Virus record (IMG/VR): IMGVR_UViG_3300034092_001518
Span: 1 to 62,135 of that record
Strand: one strand, 5' to 3'
DNA: 62,135 bases
Source of the DNA: a virus
Lineage: Duplodnaviria > Caudoviricetes
Below, one piece after another: positions 55,010 through 62,135 of the stretch. The translations under genes and the position numbers were made by a program. Within the stretch, counting starts at the first letter, position 1; each line of letters opens with the position of its first letter. Below the pieces are notes generated by a model, which ran no database searches, had not been told where the DNA came from, and saw only the letters and a list, made by a program, of their open reading frames with translations.

Positions 55010-57858
55010 TAACAGTTTTTAGTGTTTCCAGTAAAGTTTATACCATCGTACTCGTAAGCTACTGTGCTAGTGTATATCTTGTAGTAATTTGCAGGAGCAG
55101 GTACAGTTAAGGATGAATCTAAGAACACTTGAGTTAACGTGTTCCCAATAGGTCCGTCCATGTAAAATGTAATAGCAATAGAACTACAAACATTGTCGGC
55201 GCTACCAAAGTTACAAAGCAACTCGTAAACTGGAGGAATAGTTGTAGTGGTAGTTGTTGTAGTAGTAGTTGTCGTAGTTGTAGTAGTAGTTGTTGTACTT
55301 GTAGTTGTACCAACGCAAGAAGAACAATTTTCAAACATAAATAATATGTTCGCAATTTGAGCTCCTGATGGAGCAGTTGAAACTATTTCATAACAATTAC
55401 CATCGTCACACCTAACAATTTGACCATTGCTAAGTTGAGTAAAATCTAGATGAGCCAATAAAAATAACGGACCAGGATTGCTACACAATTGGGCATCATA
55501 AAAATATGTAGGAATAGTTGTTGTTGTAGTTGTTGTCGTTACAACGCTACATAGGTTAACATGCAACACTTGACCAGTGTCAGCTATTTGTATTGCGTAT
55601 GTATTGACCCCATCATCAGCAAAATACCAATAAAACCCACCATTGAATATAATTGTACACAATGCATCAGAGTAAACGATATCTCCAACTAGTGGCATTG
55701 AAGGTATACCAAAGTAATAGAATGGAGTTGTCGTACCACCACCAATACATGCCGCATAATCGTCTGGCAGATATGGAGATGTTCCGTCCATGTTAAATGA
55801 AGATATAGGAGGTAATGTTGTGGTAGTAGTACTAGTGGTAGTTGTAGTTGTCCCAGTACAAGTTGTGCAATCTGGATATATTACAACTGGATTTTCCATG
55901 TAAAAATATGGATAACCACCTGGAGACGTAGATGTTATTTCCCAACAGTTACCATCTGCTGTTGCAACAATATCATTAACTACTATTACAGCTGATGTAA
56001 TATCCAAAAGTATTGCTGTAGTTACACCGTCTATACAAGAAACAGCCTCGTAGTAGTTACCTACAATTGGTAATGTAGTAGTACTTGTTGTGCTAGTTGT
56101 TGTAGTACTTCCTGCACAAACAGATAAATCTACAACATATCCATCGTTATCTATTTTTATAACATAGTCAGACTTATCTATAAAATACCAAAAGTCACCA
56201 CCATTAAAGAATTGATCTGAGTTCTGATCAACAAAAACTCTATCTCTAATAACGGGGACAGAGTTCTTTCCATTAAAATATAATACAGAAAAAGTTGGAG
56301 TTATGCTACAACAATCTGTTGGTGTTTCTTTTGATTGTTCTACATCTATTAATAATGGAGTTAATAAATCCCCTTGAGATACAAAAACATTAATAGTATA
56401 TGGTGCGCTTGTACCAAAACAATTTGTTGCAGTTACAGTGAAAGAAAAATCTCTTAACTCTTGAGCTGAACCAGACAATACGCCATCAGAACCTAAAGAT
56501 AATCCTGGAGCAAGAGAAACATCGTTACACTGACCATGTAAAGTAAACGATCCGTCTCCATTTATAATAGTAGGCGCAGAAGATGCACATATGCTCATCT
56601 CTTGATTAGAGCTTACCGTTATGTATTTAGTGTTTGAGTTGCAGTCTACGTATCCAAACAATGTTGACTTTGACCCACCACTAATTGAATAGTCGTAACA
56701 AGTACCAGTAATATCAAAAGATGTTGGGCTTCCTAGACTAGCCATAGGTATGCTAATATCTTCACCAACAGTTATAAATATATCTCCTTGAGTAATTATT
56801 GGAACGGCAGTTTCTGGGCAGTTACAAGTTTCAATTGAATTTACTACTCCAAATTCATCAACAAGTACATATGATTTATCAGTTGGACTTGGAACAGTAC
56901 ACAAAGAAATATCCATCATGTGGTATGCATCGTTACCATCATATGTACTAGATCCTAATGAATCAACATATATTGTATCGCCAAATTGTGGAGTTAAATT
57001 AAATCCATCGTGGTAATATATAGTTGTTGGACACTGAGTGCATACGTTTGATAAAGTGCCATCAGTTGTGTCTATATAAAAAGGAGTTAAGTATGGATTT
57101 ACTTTATTTATAATCCATGTAGATGTGGATAAAGGAGAAGAAACTACAACCTCTGCCGTGTCAACGCTTGATAAATTTTTCTTAAATCTAAGAGCACCTC
57201 TTCCATTATTTACTAGTCCGTTGTATGGAAAAGATAGCTTTATATCATCTGGGTTTACACCAGCATTAATTAGGTCGTTATAGTTTGTTAATGTATTCAG
57301 TCCTACATACCCAGAGTCTGCGATAATAGATCCATTCCACCTTATTTGAAATCTAGTTGGAGTGCTTATTGAGTTATAGTTTATTCCAGCAACCCCTATT
57401 CCATTACCTATATTCCAGTTAACAGGCCTACTGTCTGTTACACCAACAAAAGATATATTTGTAGACCCATCTATTGAATCGTTGTAATCCCAAAATAAAT
57501 ATAAATAAGGATAGTCATTTGGATTAACAAAAACAAAGCTTCCTACAAACTCGCCAGAAATATATATGACTGGTATTTCAGTAGCAAGTGATTTAATCGT
57601 GTCCTTATCATTTGGACCATACAATACATCTGAAACATAATAATATAGTTTGTTATTTAACGTTGGAGAAAGGCTTTGGTATACGCCAGTATTATCCCCT
57701 GCCTTAACTGTAACTGTAGATCCGTCATAAGGCATATAGTCTACACCACCAACTCCAGTAAGCTGGTCAAATATTGCAATATTATTGTTACTTATAACAA
57801 CATTATCAATTTCATAGGTTGAACTGCCTGTATAATCAAAGGATTGTTTTGTCATCAT
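55009..57858 (-). CDS. Tail-associated protein with an Ig-like (He_PIG-type) domain, Cys-rich repeats and poly-Thr tracts
   Basis: LAPGLSLGSDGVLSG...FSFTVTATN; repeated C...GD..Y.D modules; four Thr tracts. Confidence 0.7.
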   Translation of the reverse strand: MMTKQSFDYTGSSTYEIDNVVISNNNIAIFDQLTGVGGVDYMPYDGSTVTVKAGDNTGVYQSLSPTLNNKLYYYVSDVLYGPNDKDTIKSLATEIPVIYISGEFVGSFVFVNPNDYPYLYLFWDYNDSIDGSTNISFVGVTDSRPVNWNIGNGIGVAGINYNSISTPTRFQIRWNGSIIADSGYVGLNTLTNYNDLINAGVNPDDIKLSFPYNGLVNNGRGALRFKKNLSSVDTAEVVVSSPLSTSTWIINKVNPYLTPFYIDTTDGTLSNVCTQCPTTIYYHDGFNLTPQFGDTIYVDSLGSSTYDGNDAYHMMDISLCTVPSPTDKSYVLVDEFGVVNSIETCNCPETAVPIITQGDIFITVGEDISIPMASLGSPTSFDITGTCYDYSISGGSKSTLFGYVDCNSNTKYITVSSNQEMSICASSAPTIINGDGSFTLHGQCNDVSLAPGLSLGSDGVLSGSAQELRDFSFTVTATNCFGTSAPYTINVFVSQGDLLTPLLIDVEQSKETPTDCCSITPTFSVLYFNGKNSVPVIRDRVFVDQNSDQFFNGGDFWYFIDKSDYVIKIDNDGYVVDLSVCAGSTTTTSTTSTTTLPIVGNYYEAVSCIDGVTTAILLDITSAVIVVNDIVATADGNCWEITSTSPGGYPYFYMENPVVIYPDCTTCTGTTTTTTSTTTTTLPPISSFNMDGTSPYLPDDYAACIGGGTTTPFYYFGIPSMPLVGDIVYSDALCTIIFNGGFYWYFADDGVNTYAIQIADTGQVLHVNLCSVVTTTTTTTTIPTYFYDAQLCSNPGPLFLLAHLDFTQLSNGQIVRCDDGNCYEIVSTAPSGAQIANILFMFENCSSCVGTTTSTTTTTTTTTTTTTTTTTTTIPPVYELLCNFGSADNVCSSIAITFYMDGPIGNTLTQVFLDSSLTVPAPANYYKIYTSTVAYEYDGINFTGNTKNC

Positions 57859-57861
57859 ATC

Positions 57862-60800
57862 TTAAGAGCTTACCATTGGTATTAATTGTATTGGTGCTGT
57901 AACACCTCCTTGAGTTAGTATAAAGTCTTTTATTAGTCCATCACAATATGTGACTCTAAATATAATGCTTCTTGGAGTTTGAGATGGATTTGAAGCATAT
58001 GATGCATATACAAACTGATTATAAGATCCAGTATTAGTTTGACAGTTTACCCAGCTTGTACCAAAACCATTATCCACTAAAGTTATTTGCCAAGAAGTAG
58101 CAGAGCTCTGAACAGAGAACATAAAAGCAGGAGATGTAGAGGCAGATGAAGAGACATTCTTTATAGCTGGAACTAATTTTACATCACAAGATTGTTTTAC
58201 TCTTGATGAAACACTTAAAACATAAGTTCCATTGTAAGGGTCAAATCCACCAAACTTTAAATTAGCAGGGTTATCTCTCATCGTGTCAATAAAGAAAGAT
58301 CCCATTCCTTGATTTGAAATCGGTATCACCTCTGTTCCTACTAATTTTAAAACAGAACCTCTTTTTTCATCTGCAAAATAACAAACATCGCCCCAAGTAG
58401 CAAAGCTTTCAGGATTATCACTTATTCCAAACTCACCTGGATAAGCCACTTGATTACCAAGAACTTCTGGAATTGAAGCAACTTGACTGCCGCCCACAGC
58501 ATCGTATAGTAAGTTTTTACCATACAATACAGATGTTACCTTGTCTTGATGCAAAGTTAATAAGTCAGTATCTCTTGCTTTTAATTTCTGAACACTTCCG
58601 TATCTCTTGTCTAAGTTTTTAAAATTAGCAAGTGATAAGTTAAATTCATTTAATCTATTTGTTGATGTAGTAGCTTGAAAAACACCACTATATGTTAATG
58701 AGGCAAACTTGTGTTCTTCTTGATAGTCTTCTATAACTGAAGTAACCCTAATGCTATATTTCATTACTGGAGCATTAAATGCATCTTTTATTCTATATGT
58801 TTCTAGACCAGTATTGTATGTAAAAGAATTATAATCTCCATTAGTATAGTTAGGATAATTAATTTGTATTTTAGCTCCATTTGTAATAGATGTCTGATCT
58901 TGTTCATACGTTGTATAGGAAATAGAACCAGGGAATGATGGAGATATAGGTATAGTTGGTGTAACATCTATAGAGTATCTATCATATACATTTGTAATTG
59001 TATAAGGAGTGTTTGGGGTAACTCCATTTGTATTTAAATAAACAATATCGCCAACTGAAAAGTAGTGAGGCCATTCTTTGGTTGATTGTCTAAGCCTAGT
59101 ACTACCAAATACCCCAGGAGTTCTATTGCTAAAGAACCATCTTGATATATGTTTATTATTTTTTATTGGATATGTTCTTGATAATTCGTGAAATATTTCC
59201 GTATCTGTCTCTAAAGGAACGGTTTCAAAAATTATAGAATTTGATGGGGATATTTGATCAACTTTAAATTCAACATTAAATATATTTTGTTTACATCCAC
59301 TTTTTGTACCAAAACCCATCATAAACATTGATACTGGAGAAGACTGTGGAGATGAACTTGATTTTGATATATTTGTATAATTATTAGAATATGCGTATGA
59401 ATAATTTGTAGTTACTCCAGATGTGGGATAATTTAATCTTACATTTCTAAACCATATTCCTTTTGATTTTATATCTGTTCCAGATAAATCTTTTTCAATA
59501 AAATTTTTCCATGCTCCAGATTCAATAAACCATTCTTCTATATTATTATATGTTTGTGGCGATGTAAATGTTTGTGTTGTAGTATATACATTTGGATTAT
59601 ATGTATCTTGAGTTATTGTTATAGATATTGTAGCTCCAGCATATATATTTCCAGTAAAATTTCCATTTACTATTGATATACCTCCATTTTGATTATAAAT
59701 ATTACTTTGCGGACCACCATATTGTGCATTTGAACCAAAATAATTAGATCCATTATTAGATCTACAACTTATTTTCCATCTATCTCCAACAGAGTAATTT
59801 CCTTGGCCTATCTCTATAAAAAATGCTATACTTGTGTTTTGAAGTAATGGAGAAATAACTGGATCAAAAGCTTGCTGAACATTGGAAGGTAATTTAATAG
59901 GATATAACGTATTATTTACAATTGGTATATTTTGATCTATCCAATTTGAAACACCATCCAAGTCTACAGTATATCTAAATGTATTTCCAGATTGAATCTC
60001 TATTGTGTATCTTAAATCTTTTGAACCAAAATATTTACCACTAAACATAGTGGATGAAATCGGAATAGGACCTCCATTATATTGAATATTTGTTATAGTT
60101 TTTATTAAATTATTAGATGAAGATGGTGATCCATAAAGTATTGGTTTGCTAGTATAAGAAACAAGATCACCATTATTATATAAATACGCTGAATTAGATG
60201 CAGCATAATTAGATGAACCACAACCAGAACTATTCACATAGTTTGTTCCTTGACTTTTAACAAATATTTGTTGAGTTAAATTACATGGCAAAAAACCAAC
60301 ATCATTGTAATCTATTTTAATTTTAAAGTATAATCCACCTGGAGATGTACCTATAAAATTAATAGATTTTACTTCTACTTCTAATATTTTAAATTGTTTA
60401 TTTGAATATGTTACACCAGTCCCACCTTTTTTTAGTATAATATAATCACCAACACCAAACTTATCTCTATCAGATTCATTAATTAAAAAATATCTAAATA
60501 GACCATCACATACATATAATCTTGGAAATATATTGTAATACTCGTATTTATTTTGTTTTAAAACTAACCTATAGTTTGTTGCCCAAGATGGAGGATTATG
60601 CTTTATCTCAACCTGTAAACTATTCGCTTTATCTGATGCGGTTGGCGGAATATATACAGAATTACTTGATGTATTAACAGCGTTAGTTAGAGCTGGAGTT
60701 AAAACAGTTGTCATTCTTCCATACTCATCAGTATAAACTATTCCAACCTCATAGTCTCTATCGCTTCTAAATGATCTTTTAGGTTTATTACCTGATATGA

Positions 60801-61905
60801 TCTCAGAAGCATATTGTACTGTAAAATTTAAGTTTATATCCCCACCATTTGAATCAGTTATATCTCTAAACTGAATATAGTTACCATATACAAGTCTATT
60901 ACCAATAATATCTTGAGCTACAGCTTTTAATGGTACATTGTCAAAAAGCCTAGTTACCTGTTCGTTTGAAAGAGTAGTATATATTTTGTTGTTTCTAAAC
61001 GTAAACGAATATGTGGTATTATTTTGAATGTTTAACTCGTCCTTATTGAAGCTATCTATGACCATTACGTTCAAGCTTCTTGTATCTCTAACTAGTAGTT
61101 GTATTTCTTTAACAAATTCATTCCCAGTTTCGAATTCAATAACAATGTTATTTTTTTGGTTAATCATCCCCAAGTTATCACCAGTCTCATAGTCAATAGC
61201 AAAAGACCCAGCTTCAAATCCAACGGCTGAAAATGGAGACATTGAGCTGTACTCGTTATCTATATATTTATATCTATAGCTGAAGTATACAAACTTTTCC
61301 TTAAGGTTAGTAGAGTCTGGAGTATTGTTTTGATATAGAGTTATGTATGGGGCATTTAACGGGGGAGTCATAATCACACTAATGTCATCAGCTATTGATG
61401 GATCATCAGCCGTATAACCCTTACATCTATTGATGTTAATTCTTCTTGGTGGATTATAGTTATCCGTCCAAAACAAGTAATCATTACCGTCCTCTCCTTC
61501 TACGTAGTTGATTCCAGTTACAATTTGATTTGCGTTAAAATTTAAAGGACTACCTGGGTTTGGCTTTGAACATTGTAACACCCTGCTAACCTGTTGAGAT
61601 GCTACATTACACTCAAATATAGCATCAAACTCATTAGCTGTAACAAGCCAGTATATAAGTGACTTTGGCTCATATGCAACGGCCCCAATAACAATTGGAT
61701 TTGTAACAGTTCCAGAGGTAACTAAATTAGAAATATTACTAGCTATTGAGTTACCATATGCGTTTTGTATAGCACCAACGTCCTTTGCGCCATAACTGTT
61801 TACAGTAACATTTTTGGCGTATCTATAATATCCATTGGGCAATAACCTCTCATCGAGGTCTTGATTCATTACTCCCTTTTGAAATGTTCTACTAATATCA
61901 GCCAT
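57862..61905 (-). CDS. Tail nozzle/'stabilization' protein, N-terminal part, ending in a BACON-like domain
   Basis: FQKGVMNQDLDERLLPNGYYR.A.N, LFWTDNYNPPRRIN, FGISDNPESFA and GGFDPY motifs; C-terminal W..R.I...ILTQGG. Confidence 0.7.
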   Translation of the reverse strand: MADISRTFQKGVMNQDLDERLLPNGYYRYAKNVTVNSYGAKDVGAIQNAYGNSIASNISNLVTSGTVTNPIVIGAVAYEPKSLIYWLVTANEFDAIFECNVASQQVSRVLQCSKPNPGSPLNFNANQIVTGINYVEGEDGNDYLFWTDNYNPPRRININRCKGYTADDPSIADDISVIMTPPLNAPYITLYQNNTPDSTNLKEKFVYFSYRYKYIDNEYSSMSPFSAVGFEAGSFAIDYETGDNLGMINQKNNIVIEFETGNEFVKEIQLLVRDTRSLNVMVIDSFNKDELNIQNNTTYSFTFRNNKIYTTLSNEQVTRLFDNVPLKAVAQDIIGNRLVYGNYIQFRDITDSNGGDINLNFTVQYASEIISGNKPKRSFRSDRDYEVGIVYTDEYGRMTTVLTPALTNAVNTSSNSVYIPPTASDKANSLQVEIKHNPPSWATNYRLVLKQNKYEYYNIFPRLYVCDGLFRYFLINESDRDKFGVGDYIILKKGGTGVTYSNKQFKILEVEVKSINFIGTSPGGLYFKIKIDYNDVGFLPCNLTQQIFVKSQGTNYVNSSGCGSSNYAASNSAYLYNNGDLVSYTSKPILYGSPSSSNNLIKTITNIQYNGGPIPISSTMFSGKYFGSKDLRYTIEIQSGNTFRYTVDLDGVSNWIDQNIPIVNNTLYPIKLPSNVQQAFDPVISPLLQNTSIAFFIEIGQGNYSVGDRWKISCRSNNGSNYFGSNAQYGGPQSNIYNQNGGISIVNGNFTGNIYAGATISITITQDTYNPNVYTTTQTFTSPQTYNNIEEWFIESGAWKNFIEKDLSGTDIKSKGIWFRNVRLNYPTSGVTTNYSYAYSNNYTNISKSSSSPQSSPVSMFMMGFGTKSGCKQNIFNVEFKVDQISPSNSIIFETVPLETDTEIFHELSRTYPIKNNKHISRWFFSNRTPGVFGSTRLRQSTKEWPHYFSVGDIVYLNTNGVTPNTPYTITNVYDRYSIDVTPTIPISPSFPGSISYTTYEQDQTSITNGAKIQINYPNYTNGDYNSFTYNTGLETYRIKDAFNAPVMKYSIRVTSVIEDYQEEHKFASLTYSGVFQATTSTNRLNEFNLSLANFKNLDKRYGSVQKLKARDTDLLTLHQDKVTSVLYGKNLLYDAVGGSQVASIPEVLGNQVAYPGEFGISDNPESFATWGDVCYFADEKRGSVLKLVGTEVIPISNQGMGSFFIDTMRDNPANLKFGGFDPYNGTYVLSVSSRVKQSCDVKLVPAIKNVSSSASTSPAFMFSVQSSATSWQITLVDNGFGTSWVNCQTNTGSYNQFVYASYASNPSQTPRSIIFRVTYCDGLIKDFILTQGGVTAPIQLIPMVSS

Positions 61906-61907
61906 AA

Positions 61908-62135
61908 TTATTTAATCCATTTATCCCTTCCTCTAAGGCTCATTAAAAGTCTTGATGGATGAATGTTACTAAGTCTTATTTTTGCGTTCCTTAAGTTAGC
62001 AGATTTCTCGTCTTTTGCTCTTCTAACTATGTACTCTTGTACTCCAGTCTTGTTATTTAATACAGCCCACTTGAGGTATGAATAAATATACTCTTCAGCT
62101 AGCTTATTGATACTAATTTTAGCATCATCACCATT
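61908..62135 (-). CDS. C-terminal part of the structural gene that starts at 583
   Basis: Translated by hand: NGDDAKISINKLAEEYIY...LRNAKIRLSNIH...RGRDKWIK-stop; stop lies 2 nt before the next ATG. Confidence 0.7.
   Translation of the reverse strand, partial: NGDDAKISINKLAEEYIYSYLKWAVLNNKTGVQEYIVRRAKDEKSANLRNAKIRLSNIHPSRLLMSLRGRDKWIK

Noticed and set aside
55240-55310. Microsatellite or assembly slippage
   Set aside because: The Thr codons are mixed (ACA/ACT/ACC/ACG) and tracts recur at four equivalent positions, so it was kept as a protein feature.

Overview
The window is a near-complete (about 62 kb) genome of a tailed dsDNA phage, probably podovirus-like and lytic. It is cut inside a structural gene whose two halves sit at the two ends. 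The host is very likely a Bacteroidota (Flavobacteriales-type) bacterium: about ten TAnnTTTG '-7' promoter boxes lie just upstream of genes, and starts are A-rich without Shine-Dalgarno motifs. The minus-strand late block (40.2-62.1 kb, continuing 1-22.9 kb) holds tail, virion and ejection proteins, a 3503-aa polyvalent protein, major capsid protein, portal, terminase, lysis genes, GroEL and two GroES-like genes. The plus-strand block (24.0-40.2 kb) holds many tiny early genes, recombination/SSB genes, tRNA-Arg(UCU), a primase-helicase, an SF2 helicase, VRR-NUC and a metallophosphoesterase. I recognised no DNA polymerase, RNA polymerase or integrase. The strongest leads are four. (1) A plant HPAT/SERGT-like O-glycosyltransferase is coupled to a mucin-like poly-Thr tail protein inside an apparently split tail gene. 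(2) An in-frame KADIERRRQEEL...KYDAELAAL cassette in the giant protein is bounded by a perfect 49-bp direct repeat. (3) A densely base-paired ~430-nt non-coding region precedes the early genes. (4) A pseudoknotted element directly follows the tRNA. All product calls come from motif recognition by eye; no searches were run.
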